A DNA stretch of 64,000 nucleotides from Neptunomonas sp. (GCF_041601355.1 NZ_JBFIIH010000005.1:5-64004), one strand, 5' to 3'; numbered from the stretch's first letter, positions 29,471-39,161 are shown. Notes: a model not told the origin generated them from the sequence alone. A program made the numbers and translations.

Positions 29471-29504
29471 CAAAATAAAACCCCGGTGATTTGCATCAGC
29501 GGGG
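29471..29504 (-). terminator. Rho-independent terminator of the EF-G 2 gene
   Basis: Minus strand reads CCCCGCTGAT-gcaa-ATCACCGGGG followed by TTTTATTTTG. It lies 26 nt after the stop. Confidence 0.8.
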
Positions 29505-29529
29505 TTTCAAAACAAGACTTAAGAAATAA

Positions 29530-31614
29530 TTACTTGTTAGCTTTACGCTCTTTCTCTTCAGCAATAACCTTCTCAGAAACTGAGTTAGGACATGCAGCGT
29601 AGTGTGAGAACTCCATAGAGAACTGACCACGACCAGAGGTCATAGTACGCAGAGATCCGATATAACCGAACATCTCAGACAGAGGCACATCAGCTTTAAT
29701 ACGAACGCCTGAACCTGCAGTTTCCTGACCTGAGATCATGCCACGACGACGGTTAAGGTCACCGATAACATCACCAACGTGATCTTCAGGGGAGAACACG
29801 TCAACCTTCATAATCGGCTCCAGCAATTGTGGACCCGCTTTTGGCATAGACTGACGGAAAGCGCCTTTCGCTGCGATTTCAAATGCAATCGCAGAGGAGT
29901 CAACTGCGTGATAACCACCATCGAGCAGCTCAATTTCAACGTCCAGTACAGGGAAGCCCGCCAGTGGACCTGTATTCATCATGCCCTTGAAACCCTTCTC
30001 GATAGCCGGGAAAAATTCCTTAGGTACGTTACCACCCACAACTGAAGAGGTGAACGTAAAGCCAGTGTTCTGCTCGCCCGGCTTGATGCGGTAATCGATC
30101 TTACCGTACTGACCTGAACCACCAGACTGCTTCTTATGAGTGTAAGAGTCTTCCAGAGGTATAGTGATAGTTTCACGGTAAGCAACCTGTGGCTGGCCTA
30201 CGATCAGCTCAACGCCGTAGGTACGCTTCAGGATGTCTACTTTAATATCCAGGTGAAGCTCACCCATTCCTTTCAGGATGGTTTCGCCGGAATCTTCGTC
30301 AGTTTCAACGATGAAGGTAGGATCTTCTGCAACCATCTTACCGATCGCAATACCCATCTTCTCAGCTCCACCTTTATCTTTAGGTGTAACTGCAATCGAG
30401 ATTACCGGCTCAGGGAATACCATGGCTTCAAGCGTACATTCGTGCTTAGGATCACAAAGTGTGTGACCTGTTTGTACGTTTTTCATACCTACGATGGCAA
30501 GAATGTCACCGGCTTGAGCAGAATCCAGCTCTTTACGCTGATCAGCTTCCATTTCACACATACGACCAATGCGCTCAGTTTTACCTGTAAACGAGTTCAG
30601 GATGGTGTCGCCTTTTTTCAACTTACCAGAGTAAACACGAATAAAGGTCAGAGCGCCGAAACGATCCTCCATGATCTTAAATGCCAGTGCGCGGAAAGGC
30701 TCATCAACGGAAACAGTTGCAACCTGACCTGTTGGCTCGCCGAATTCATCCGTCAGATCTTGTGGGATAACATCTGTTGGGCTTGGCAGATAATCTACAA
30801 CCGCATCAAGAATAAGCTGGATGCCTTTGTTCTTGAATGCAGAGCCACAGTATGTTGGGAAGAAATTAAGATCACGAGTACCCTCACGGATACAACGCTT
30901 GATATCTTCCATAGAAGGTTCTTCACCGTCCATGTAAGCCATCATCAGATCGTCATCCAGCTCTACAGCTGTTTCGATCAACTGCTCACGGTACATTTCA
31001 ACATCGTCTACCATGTCGGCCGGGATGTCTTTGATCTCGTAGTTCTCAGGAAGACCCGTGTCATCCCAAACGAAAGCCTGGCGAGTTAGCAGGTCAACAA
31101 CACCGACGAAGTCTTCTTCACGACCAATAGGAAGAACCATGATGAGTGGCTTAGCAGCCAGTACTTTCTCAACCTGATCTACAACGCGGTGGAAGTCAGC
31201 GCCCATACGGTCTAGCTTGTTTACGAAGATGATACGGGAAACACCCGACTCATCAGCATAACGCCAGTTAGTTTCTGACTGAGGCTCAACACCACCAGAA
31301 CCACAGAACACACCAATACCACCATCCAGTACTTTCAAAGAACGATAAACTTCTACAGTGAAGTCAACGTGCCCTGGAGTATCGATGATGTTCATGCGGT
31401 GATCTTTCCAGAAAGTGGTGATCGCCGCTGACTGGATAGTTATTCCCCGCTCAGCTTCCTGCTCCATGAAGTCAGTAGTAGATTCACCATCGTGAACCTC
31501 ACCTGTCTTATGGATTTTACCTGTCAGCTTCAGGATACGTTCGGTAGTGGTCGTTTTTCCCGCGTCTACGTGGGCAAAAATACCGATGTTACGGTAGTGT
31601 GATAAGTCAGACAT
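29530..31614 (-). CDS. fusA: Elongation factor G, second (stand-alone) paralog, EF-G 2 type
   Basis: [58 protein letters not shown], with full GTPase and domains II-V. It is not in a str operon context, and the N-terminus resembles the Vibrio/Pseudomonas EF-G 2 class. Confidence 0.93.
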   Translation of the reverse strand: MSDLSHYRNIGIFAHVDAGKTTTTERILKLTGKIHKTGEVHDGESTTDFMEQEAERGITIQSAAITTFWKDHRMNIIDTPGHVDFTVEVYRSLKVLDGGIGVFCGSGGVEPQSETNWRYADESGVSRIIFVNKLDRMGADFHRVVDQVEKVLAAKPLIMVLPIGREEDFVGVVDLLTRQAFVWDDTGLPENYEIKDIPADMVDDVEMYREQLIETAVELDDDLMMAYMDGEEPSMEDIKRCIREGTRDLNFFPTYCGSAFKNKGIQLILDAVVDYLPSPTDVIPQDLTDEFGEPTGQVATVSVDEPFRALAFKIMEDRFGALTFIRVYSGKLKKGDTILNSFTGKTERIGRMCEMEADQRKELDSAQAGDILAIVGMKNVQTGHTLCDPKHECTLEAMVFPEPVISIAVTPKDKGGAEKMGIAIGKMVAEDPTFIVETDEDSGETILKGMGELHLDIKVDILKRTYGVELIVGQPQVAYRETITIPLEDSYTHKKQSGGSGQYGKIDYRIKPGEQNTGFTFTSSVVGGNVPKEFFPAIEKGFKGMMNTGPLAGFPVLDVEIELLDGGYHAVDSSAIAFEIAAKGAFRQSMPKAGPQLLEPIMKVDVFSPEDHVGDVIGDLNRRRGMISGQETAGSGVRIKADVPLSEMFGYIGSLRTMTSGRGQFSMEFSHYAACPNSVSEKVIAEEKERKANK

Positions 31615-31884
31615 TTCTTCACTCGAATGTTAGGGGGCATAAAATGCGCATTATAATACAGGATTTTGAACGTAATTGTGGAGGCTTTCCGTAGAAGAAA
31701 AGCTCTTTTTTTAGAAAAAGGGTATATTCTCGCCAAAAAATCGCGGACTCAACACCTTGCAGGCTTCCAACGTGCTGTTTTTATATCAACTCTATCAGCA
31801 GGCCAAGCACCGATCTTTCTCCTGACGGGTACATTCCTGCAAAACTGACACACTACTCTCTTTAGTAAATGCTCTTAATCCAGA

Positions 31885-32298
31885 TTACATGTTGTGCTTT
31901 TTCTGAACAATACCATTTTGCTGCTGTACTTCACGCACAAACTTCACAATGGCTGCCATATCTGAAAAACCAACCCCTTCTTGAGGGGGCATATTTCCAT
32001 AGGGCCAATGATGTTGTTGTACGCCGTTTCGCACAGCGGAATAAAAAGACTGATTAGAATGATGCCCGGGATTATAAAGGGCATGAATCAACGGAGGTCC
32101 CTGAAGAGATCCTTCACCATTATTACCATGGCATGCGGCACACGTATTATTAAAAGCCAACTGCCCCTTTTGCGCCGCAGCCGTCAAAGCCCCCACCTTA
32201 ACATTCACATGGCCATTAAAATGCTCTGCCAACGCAAAGGGACTATTCAACAAAAGACCCACTACAAATATCCCGATTACCCCTTCTCTCTTGTACAT
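31885..32298 (-). CDS. Periplasmic class I c-type cytochrome (monohaem)
   Basis: Signal peptide, haem motif CAACH (NNTCAACHGNNGEG), and a distal Met region (GNMPPQ). Confidence 0.85.
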   Translation of the reverse strand: MYKREGVIGIFVVGLLLNSPFALAEHFNGHVNVKVGALTAAAQKGQLAFNNTCAACHGNNGEGSLQGPPLIHALYNPGHHSNQSFYSAVRNGVQQHHWPYGNMPPQEGVGFSDMAAIVKFVREVQQQNGIVQKKHNM

Positions 32299-32360
32299 TA
32301 TTGTTAACCTTCTTTCGTGGCTGATGTGAGCAACTCAAGTGAGTGATTAAAGTGAATGAC
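32267..32360. repeat. Copy B of the ~93-bp direct repeat: the functional leader and start of the cytochrome c gene
   Basis: See copy A. It includes the RBS (GAAGG) and the ATG at 32298. Confidence 0.8.
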
Positions 32361-32399
32361 TATCGTTAATGACTAGTGGCTATGCTATCCATATCCGGG

Positions 32400-32975
32400 T
32401 TAATGATGTCCGGGATCATTTTCTCCACGTGCGGTCAGTATCTGATATTGAGCCGCCGTCAGTTCAGGCAAACGCTTGAGAAAAGCCACCATGTTCCAGA
32501 TACGCACATCATCATGCCCCGGGCCCCACGCAGGCATTCCGGATGCCTTAATACCATGCTTAATAATCCAGAAATTTCGCTGATCGACTGCTTTTTCATC
32601 AGCCGCAGTCAGTGTACTATCTGCTAAGTTTGGCGGTACCGGATACAATCCTAAGGTAAAATCACTTTCCTTTTGATCCGGTTTAAGATGACAGCCAGCA
32701 CACATATCATTGTAGTCGGCACCGCCTTTGAGTAAGCGATCCACTGAACTAAGATCCGACGGCACCTCAATGTCCTTAGAGGCACTAGCGATCGAATTCT
32801 CACGCAATGTCTCTAACACCCAGGTGGTAATATCATGGTGAGGATCATCGGCACCCATGGGGTATAAACCCGAGTAGATAAACGCCACGCCTCCTATCAC
32901 GGTAGCTCCTATCATTGCTCCCGCCACTGCTATCAGCCGCTTGAAACACCCTCCCTTTTTATTTAAAACTGTCAT
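32400..32975 (-). CDS. Membrane-anchored c-type cytochrome
   Basis: Haem motif CAGCH (DMCAGCHLKPD), IKHGIKASGMPAWG and one N-terminal TM segment. Start set at MTVLNKKG, which has a GGGAGA SD 8 nt upstream. Confidence 0.8.
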   Translation of the reverse strand: MTVLNKKGGCFKRLIAVAGAMIGATVIGGVAFIYSGLYPMGADDPHHDITTWVLETLRENSIASASKDIEVPSDLSSVDRLLKGGADYNDMCAGCHLKPDQKESDFTLGLYPVPPNLADSTLTAADEKAVDQRNFWIIKHGIKASGMPAWGPGHDDVRIWNMVAFLKRLPELTAAQYQILTARGENDPGHH

Positions 32976-33123
32976 CGGATAATCTCCCGTCAGTAGCCAC
33001 CCCTGCCGCTCTCGCGGCAGGGGCATACTCAAGTAACCATTTATAAAATGCTATGTTAAGAAGCTATATTAAGTAGCTATTTTTATTTGATTACTGTTTT
33101 CATTTGTTTACTGCTTGTATTTA

Positions 33124-33435
33124 TTACTTAGCGGGAGCCTGCATATGCTCACCCGCCTTATCAGCACCGGTCATCGGTTCGCCATGACTATTGCCATGTC
33201 CATGAGGTGCGCTCTCTGTTTCTGCTGAGCCATGCATGCTACTCATGCACTGCTGCATCATCGCCATGACAACAGGATCATTCATATCCATTTTGCTATG
33301 ATCCATGCTGCTCATCGCGGCACAGTCTGGATTCTCTGCCTTTTCCATATGCTCTTTAGGACTATGGGCCTGTGCAGAAAACGCCAGCATGAGTGCAGGT
33401 ACAGCAATCAATACGCCAAGTTGTTTGTTCTTCAT
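33124..33435 (-). CDS. Small periplasmic Met/His-rich protein, putative copper-binding
   Basis: Signal peptide (AFSAQA-HS). About 15% Met and many His (MSSMDHSKMDMNDPVVMAMMQQCMSSMHG...HGHGNSHGEPM). Good AGGAG SD. Sits in the cop operon. Confidence 0.7.
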   Translation of the reverse strand: MKNKQLGVLIAVPALMLAFSAQAHSPKEHMEKAENPDCAAMSSMDHSKMDMNDPVVMAMMQQCMSSMHGSAETESAPHGHGNSHGEPMTGADKAGEHMQAPAK

Positions 33436-33488
33436 GATTAACTCCTGAATATCTTAAAAATATATTATTTTTACGTTGATAAAGCCTG

Positions 33489-34343
33489 TTATAACCAAAA
33501 CCTCATACCTACGACATAACGTGTATCACGAATAGACTCATCAGCGGCCCTGGCAATATCCGCCGTTTGGCCCAGCTTACTTGTCCACTCGACACCCACA
33601 TAAGGTGCGAACTGACGTGTGATTTCGTAGCGTAACCTTAATCCAAGCGAGGCATCCGACAACCCCTCACCTAATCCGTTTTCGACATCATTCTTCCCAT
33701 ATAAACTCAGTTCAGCGCTCGGTTGTAAAACCAACCGCTGGCTAAGCAATAACTCATATTCGGCCTCAACTGAGACAGCCGTACGGCCACTTTCTCCAAT
33801 ATAAGCAGTCATATCTAGCTCAAACCAGTAGGGAGCCAGCCCCTGTAACCCAACAGCAAGCCATTGTCGGCCCACACCCTCATCGTATTGATCAAATCGT
33901 ATGCCCCATTGCGTATCGAAGAAAGTACTGTAAGCATGGCTCCAGAGAATATCTGTCTGGCTTTCTTCTAAACGTCCGTTAGCGACATCACCTTCAAATT
34001 TCACATACAGGCGGTCATATGTGGAGCCATACCAGCCTCGCACATCAAACACACCGGTATCACTATCAGAATCGTATTCGACACGATCACCCTGAATCGC
34101 CCAAAATTTATGTTCGTCAGCCAGTTTTAGCAGACGTGGACCTCCTAATGCATACGGCCCCTCTTCCAAAGTATAGCCACCTGAATAGGCATGTGGGTCA
34201 CGCGCCCCAACTTTAGCCGTTTTTGCCTGAGCCATTTCAGCGTGATTCATCTCAGCCCTAACCATCAAAGGACTGCTAATCATTACGAACACAGCCATTA
34301 TTGCCAGCGGCTTTATCACTTCAACATTCATTAATCGTTTCAT
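33489..34343 (-). CDS. copB: Copper resistance outer-membrane protein CopB/PcoB
   Basis: DPHAYSGGYTLEEGPY...LADEHKFWAIQGDRVEY...W..AYS.FFDTQWGIRFD are typical CopB signatures. Its ATG overlaps the copA stop (ATGA). Confidence 0.88.
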   Translation of the reverse strand: MKRLMNVEVIKPLAIMAVFVMISSPLMVRAEMNHAEMAQAKTAKVGARDPHAYSGGYTLEEGPYALGGPRLLKLADEHKFWAIQGDRVEYDSDSDTGVFDVRGWYGSTYDRLYVKFEGDVANGRLEESQTDILWSHAYSTFFDTQWGIRFDQYDEGVGRQWLAVGLQGLAPYWFELDMTAYIGESGRTAVSVEAEYELLLSQRLVLQPSAELSLYGKNDVENGLGEGLSDASLGLRLRYEITRQFAPYVGVEWTSKLGQTADIARAADESIRDTRYVVGMRFWL

Positions 34344-36403
34344 GACACCACCACTTCGCGGAACATCCCCGCATCCATATGAAAAAGAAGATGGCAATGC
34401 CAGGCCCAGCGCCCAAAATCATGCGGCGTTGTTAAAAAACTAACCCGTTGGGCGGGTTGCACAGAGATAGTATGACGACGGACTAGCAAATCGCCCTCGC
34501 CAGACTCCATATCACTCCACATACCATGCAAGTGCATGGGATGAGTCATCATAGTGTCATTCTGCAAAATAACCCGTATCCGCTCTCCATGACGCATCGA
34601 TACCGGCGTACTCTTTCCAAACTCAAGTCCATCTATTGACCAGCTATAACGTTCCATATTGCCGGTCAGATGCAGCTCTATCTCCCGCGTCGGTGCACGA
34701 TCATCATCTAGTACACCATTAATTGAACGTAAATCAGCCTGTGTTAATACACGCCGGCCATTATTACGCAGCCCGATACCCGGGTCATCCAAATTAGTAC
34801 GTGGCGTATCCACACGCATATCGACAGACGGGCCATATTCCGTGCTTGCATGGCGAACCGTTTGTGAAGGTTTCTCCAAAGGATTCGGTGACATGCCATG
34901 CTGGCTGTGATCCATAGTACTGTTTTTCATCGGGCTATGATCCATACCAGGCTTCATCGCTGGTATGTGATGACCCATTGCGCTGTGATCCATTGAACCA
35001 TGATTCATCGCACTGTGATCCATACCTGACTTCACCGCTGGTATGTCATGACCCATTGCGCTGTGATCCATTGAACCATGATTCATCGCACTGTGATCCA
35101 TACCTGACTTCATCGCTGGTATGTGATGACCCATTGCGCTGTGATCCATTGAACCATGATTCATCGCACTGTGATCCATACCTGACTTCACCGCTGGTTT
35201 CGTAGCAGCATTGTCCATGCTATGTCCCATTGCACCGTGATCCATTGAACCATGAATCATTGCTCCCATCATGTCGGTCATTGCCAACCACTCAACGGGG
35301 TCAAGCTCTGGCACAGGAGCAACAAGCCCCGGACGAACCGACAAGGTGCCGCTAGCGTAACCTGATCGATCCATGCTTTGTGCAAAAATGCTGTACGCAT
35401 CACCTTCAGGTTCAACAACAACGTCGTACGTTTCACCGGGACCAAAGCGAAATTCATCGACGCTAACCGGTTTCACGTTCTGACCATCGGCCTGCACAAC
35501 ACTCAGGCTCAATCCAGGGATGCGAACATCATAAAAAGTATTACTGGAGCCATTGATAAAGCGCAGTCGCACACGCTCACCTTTATTGAATAATCCGTTC
35601 CAGTTGCCCGCAGGCGTCATACCGTTCATCAGATAGGTAAAGGTTGCCGCTGAAAGATCCGCTAAATCAGTAGGATTCATGCGCATCTGGTTCCACATCC
35701 GGCGTTTTTCAAAAGCACCTTTCATTCCAATGCTGGACGCATCTTGTAAAAAGTCACCAACTACCGGTTGATTGAAGTTATAAACATCACTTTGTACCTT
35801 CAATTTGGAAAAAGCAGACATAGGATTTTCGTCGGTCCAGTCTGATAGCTGTACGACATGATCCTGATCTGCCTGAATCGACTCACCTTCGCGCGGCTCA
35901 ACAATGAGTGCGCCGTACATTCCGGTCATCTCCTGAAAACCACTATGCGAGTGGTACCAGTATGTACCACTTTGTTTTAACGTAAAGCGGTACTCAAAGG
36001 TCTCTCCCGGTGCTATACCGCGAAAACTTATTCCTGGCACACCATCCATTTCGTAAGGAAGGATAATCCCATGCCAATGTATGGAGGTAGCAACGGAAAG
36101 ACGGTTACTCACACGAATTGTCACCTCATCACCTTCACGCAAACGCAGGGTAGGTGCCGGAATCGATCCATTGATAGTGGTTGCCATGCGTCTGACACCG
36201 GTAAAACTCACAGCTGTTTCAGCAATAACCAAAGTGATTAGCTGGCCGCTCAGCACCGGCGCTGAGCCCAGGCGGGTATCATTAGTGTTGGCAGAAAGTA
36301 GCCTCGGCATTGCCGATAAGACACCACCCGCTGCCAGGCCCTTTACAAAAAGCCGTCGCGTCAAACGAGGGCGAGAAATTAACGCAGGTTCGTCTTGTTT
36401 CAT
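34340..36403 (-). CDS. copA: Copper resistance multicopper oxidase CopA/PcoA (Tat-exported)
   Basis: Twin-arginine signal (LTRRLFVKGLAAGG). Copper-site motifs are HWHGI, WYHSHSG, HPMHLHG and HCHLLFHMDAGM. There is a Met/His-rich insert. Confidence 0.93.
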   Translation of the reverse strand: MKQDEPALISRPRLTRRLFVKGLAAGGVLSAMPRLLSANTNDTRLGSAPVLSGQLITLVIAETAVSFTGVRRMATTINGSIPAPTLRLREGDEVTIRVSNRLSVATSIHWHGIILPYEMDGVPGISFRGIAPGETFEYRFTLKQSGTYWYHSHSGFQEMTGMYGALIVEPREGESIQADQDHVVQLSDWTDENPMSAFSKLKVQSDVYNFNQPVVGDFLQDASSIGMKGAFEKRRMWNQMRMNPTDLADLSAATFTYLMNGMTPAGNWNGLFNKGERVRLRFINGSSNTFYDVRIPGLSLSVVQADGQNVKPVSVDEFRFGPGETYDVVVEPEGDAYSIFAQSMDRSGYASGTLSVRPGLVAPVPELDPVEWLAMTDMMGAMIHGSMDHGAMGHSMDNAATKPAVKSGMDHSAMNHGSMDHSAMGHHIPAMKSGMDHSAMNHGSMDHSAMGHDIPAVKSGMDHSAMNHGSMDHSAMGHHIPAMKPGMDHSPMKNSTMDHSQHGMSPNPLEKPSQTVRHASTEYGPSVDMRVDTPRTNLDDPGIGLRNNGRRVLTQADLRSINGVLDDDRAPTREIELHLTGNMERYSWSIDGLEFGKSTPVSMRHGERIRVILQNDTMMTHPMHLHGMWSDMESGEGDLLVRRHTISVQPAQRVSFLTTPHDFGRWAWHCHLLFHMDAGMFREVVVS
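34948..35195. repeat. 3 x 78-bp in-frame tandem repeat in copA
   Basis: The landmark tggtatgt[gc]atgacccattg recurs at 34961, 35039 and 35117, giving a period of 78. The unit encodes SGMDHSAMNHGSMDHSAMGHHIPAMK. Confidence 0.85.
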
Positions 36404-36545
36404 GCTAACTTATGCTCCGATGCTACCGCCTACCACGCTATTATTTATTAAGTGACTGCTAACGTGTTAAAAAGCTCCTTGTCACTTGTCATATATCAAG
36501 TTTCTTACTCTAACGCCTCATCTCTGACAACCACATGACCCAAAG

Positions 36546-36561
36546 ATGACAAAGTTGTAAT
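36546..36561. promoter_or_regulatory. CusR/CopR-type operator (cop box) in the copA-copR divergent region
   Basis: ATGACAAAGTTGTAAT. The E. coli CusR box core is ATGACAAnnTTGTCAT, so there is one mismatch in the right half. Confidence 0.6.
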
Positions 36562-36664
36562 CTGCGAGTCATCTAGGGGTGAACTTCCGTGGACTAAACT
36601 TACGCTAAATGTGAGATAAACTTGCGCTAAACTAGCCCCCATTTTTTGAGGCAGGAGATAAGCC

Positions 36665-37357
36665 GTGCGACTTCTTGTGGTCGAAGACGAAGTAAAAACC
36701 GGTGATTATGTACGTCAAGGGCTGACAGAAGCGGGGTTTATGATCACATTGGCTCGTAATGGTCTGGATGGCTACCATCTGGCAATGACAGAGCAATTCG
36801 AGTTAATCATTCTCGATGTGATGCTACCTGATGTCGACGGATGGCGAATTCTCAGGTCATTTCGCGAAGCCGGACACCAAACACCGGTATTATTTCTCAC
36901 TGCTCGTGACAGTGTTGATGATCGCGTCAAAGGACTGGAACTAGGCGCTGATGACTACCTTGTTAAACCTTTTGCATTTGCCGAACTGCTCGCCAGAATT
37001 CGTACCTTACTACGTCGGGGGTCTGGCTCCAATTTAGCAAGCCAACTGACCATAGCCGACCTGATACTCGACTTACCCCGGCGTCGCGCCACTCGTTCGG
37101 GTAAAAAAATTGCACTGAGCCAGAAAGAGTTTTCACTTCTCGAATTGTTGGTACGCCGCCAGAGTGAAGTACTGCCACGTACCTTAATTGCATCCGAAGT
37201 ATGGGATATGAACTTTGACAGCGATACTAATGTAATCGATGTGGCCATTCGCAGATTACGCGCAAAAGTAGATGACAATTTTGAACCTAAACTTATCCAC
37301 ACCGTTCGTGGTATGGGTTACAAACTGGATTGGGAAGATGGTGATGCTTGCGGGTAA
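36665..37357 (+). CDS. copR: Heavy-metal (copper) response regulator, OmpR family
   Basis: [19 protein letters not shown]...LA.NG.DG...[10 protein letters not shown]...R.....[33 protein letters not shown], plus a winged-helix C-terminus. GTG start with an AGGAGA SD. Confidence 0.9.
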   Translation: MRLLVVEDEVKTGDYVRQGLTEAGFMITLARNGLDGYHLAMTEQFELIILDVMLPDVDGWRILRSFREAGHQTPVLFLTARDSVDDRVKGLELGADDYLVKPFAFAELLARIRTLLRRGSGSNLASQLTIADLILDLPRRRATRSGKKIALSQKEFSLLELLVRRQSEVLPRTLIASEVWDMNFDSDTNVIDVAIRRLRAKVDDNFEPKLIHTVRGMGYKLDWEDGDACG

Positions 37358-38061
37358 CGCCCGCCCTATTTCATTCACACTGCGTGTGTTGCTATTTGTC
37401 AGCCTCGCCACAGGACTCAGCCTGTTTCTCACAGCCTCTCTGGTCATATCGTCAGTCAATCACCACTTTATGGAGCAGGATGCTGCTGAGCTGCAGGTGA
37501 TTAATCAATCGATAGAAAACATCCGATATTGCCCACGAATTACGTACACCGTTAACCAATCTGATCACTCAAACGCAAGTGACGCTTAACAAAAGCAGAG
37601 AGCCCGAAACCTATAGAGAACTGATCTATTCCAACTTAGAGGAGCTTGAGCGTTTAACAAAAATGGTCGGCGACATGCTGTGGCTCGCCAAATGCGATAA
37701 TGACCTGATCAAACCAGTGATGCAGCCATTAGATTTAACAGAAAAGGTTGTCGTTCAACTCGAAACACCGACTGACAACATGGCGCGTATTTCAATTGCT
37801 AACTCTGGTATGAATATTCCAGCGAAACATCTATCCAGGCTATTTGATTGGTTTTATCGGGTCGATCCTTCCCGCCAACAACAAAGTGAAGGAGCAGGAC
37901 TGGGACTGGCGATCACTAAATCCATTATTGAATCCCACGGAGGTAGCATTTCTGTTCACTCTGATAACGATGCCGTTACTTTCTCTGCCTTATTACCCCG
38001 TCAAAAGCAAAGCGACACCCCTGTAACGCCGAAACAGTTTACGTCCGCCAAAAGCCACTAG
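37338..38061 (+). pseudogene. copS: Decayed copS/cusS sensor kinase with two internal deletions and a frameshift
   Basis: Frame 1 (from the ATG at 37338, overlapping the copR end) gives TM1 and ...NHHFMEQDAAELQVINQSIENI. The H-box [20 protein letters not shown] then follows in the +1 frame from about 37516, after a TAG at 37513. About 185 aa are missing (periplasmic domain, TM2, HAMP). Later, about 50 aa including the N-box are missing, judged against the intact paralog at 56788-58179. The G-boxes and C-terminus are retained. Confidence 0.8.
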
Positions 38062-38093
38062 CGAACGCAACGAGGCCGACAAAAAAGCGCGCC

Positions 38094-39161
38094 TTACTTA
38101 GCTGGCACCTCTGCTCTTAAATGAAGAATCGTGCCTACCGTTCGATTCCAGTTAGCGGCGCATTCAGGCCCGCAACGCTTTGCCCAACGTGGCAAGATCA
38201 CATCTGCGGCCACCTTATCGCGCTTGATAAGATCAGCCTCAGAAGGCTCGACTAAAACCATATTGCCCGTTTCACCCAGCGAACAAGGCCCGACAGACAA
38301 ACAAGCCAGCGCTATGGCATCTTCGGTGGCGGTTTCCTGCCACATATTGTCGGTTAAGGTTGAAATTTCTGTCTGCAGGAGTGCTTGTTGAGACTCACTC
38401 AACAGGTTCCATTTATTGATATTTATAGCACCGAATGCCAGTCCCCAGCCAACCCGCAGAGTAAATCCATACGGTGTTAACTTATACAACTTTGCGGTAT
38501 ACGCTGACATGGTCCCGGTGATCACACAGTCAACCCTATCTTTTGCCAGAGCGTCGGGCACATCGTGATAGGCGACGCTTACCGGAATAGCACCAACCCC
38601 TTCGACAAAATCGCCAAGCGTTGTTAAAAATACCCGGATCCGCTTTCCTTTCAGATCTTCAATACTGTTCACTGGATTCTTGCACCAGATCATCTGACTG
38701 GGGAATGGATACAGCATCATCAGTTTAGCATTGTATTTTTCTGAAAAGGCACGCTCCAACGTTGGGAAATATGCAGCGGCAACTTTTCTCTGCACACCAA
38801 TATGCTGCACCAGAGATGACAAATCCGCTCCTTCAAAAATTTCGCTTTCCTGCATGGCATAAGCAGGTAGCCCAAAGGCAAAATCAAATACACCATTCTT
38901 AAGCAGGTGCATGATTTCAAAACCGCGCAGGCCCAGCTCATCTTGTGGTTTTATCTCCCCAACTATCTCTCCAGCCGTGACATCTGCAATATGCTGATTC
39001 CAGAAGGGACCTTCATGTTTTGGATAATTGCTGAAGTATCCCCAGGTCCCTACCCCCTTGATAATGATAGTATCATTCGCTATCAACAGGCCGCTCATAG
39101 CCGACATCAGCACAACAAGAAAGAGTGAGACTGAGTAATTCTTTAACGTTTTAATAAACAC
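38094..39161 (-). CDS. Orphan DctP-family (TRAP-type) periplasmic solute-binding protein
   Basis: Signal peptide and DctP-like landmarks (LLKNGVFDFAF, IEDLKGKRIRV, GAIPVSVAYHDVPDALAKDRVDC). No permease genes are adjacent. It is divergent from the sensor kinase. GTG start. Confidence 0.7.
   Translation of the reverse strand: MFIKTLKNYSVSLFLVVLMSAMSGLLIANDTIIIKGVGTWGYFSNYPKHEGPFWNQHIADVTAGEIVGEIKPQDELGLRGFEIMHLLKNGVFDFAFGLPAYAMQESEIFEGADLSSLVQHIGVQRKVAAAYFPTLERAFSEKYNAKLMMLYPFPSQMIWCKNPVNSIEDLKGKRIRVFLTTLGDFVEGVGAIPVSVAYHDVPDALAKDRVDCVITGTMSAYTAKLYKLTPYGFTLRVGWGLAFGAININKWNLLSESQQALLQTEISTLTDNMWQETATEDAIALACLSVGPCSLGETGNMVLVEPSEADLIKRDKVAADVILPRWAKRCGPECAANWNRTVGTILHLRAEVPAK

Noticed and set aside
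29305-29496. 63-aa minus-strand ORF between EF-G 2 and dnaX
   Set aside because: It spans the EF-G 2 terminator and the decayed cytochrome-leader copy, has no RBS, and its start lies inside the terminator hairpin.
30136-31089. 317-aa ORF on the plus strand
   Set aside because: It lies entirely antisense to the strongly supported EF-G 2 gene and its product is low-complexity. It is a typical shadow ORF of a highly expressed gene.
34978-35205. 75-aa plus-strand ORF with a repetitive sequence
   Set aside because: It is the antisense reading of the 78-bp copA repeats.
37272-37337. Upstream 22 codons of the tracked 105-aa ORF
   Set aside because: This part is just an alternative frame of the copR 3' end. 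The copS-type reading frame begins at the ATG at 37338, as in intact copRS operons.
31615-38094. Copper island 1 as a mobile element
   Set aside because: No integrase, transposase, tRNA attachment site or terminal inverted repeats are visible. The only flanking repeat (29359 / 32267) brackets EF-G 2 and one cytochrome gene, not the island.
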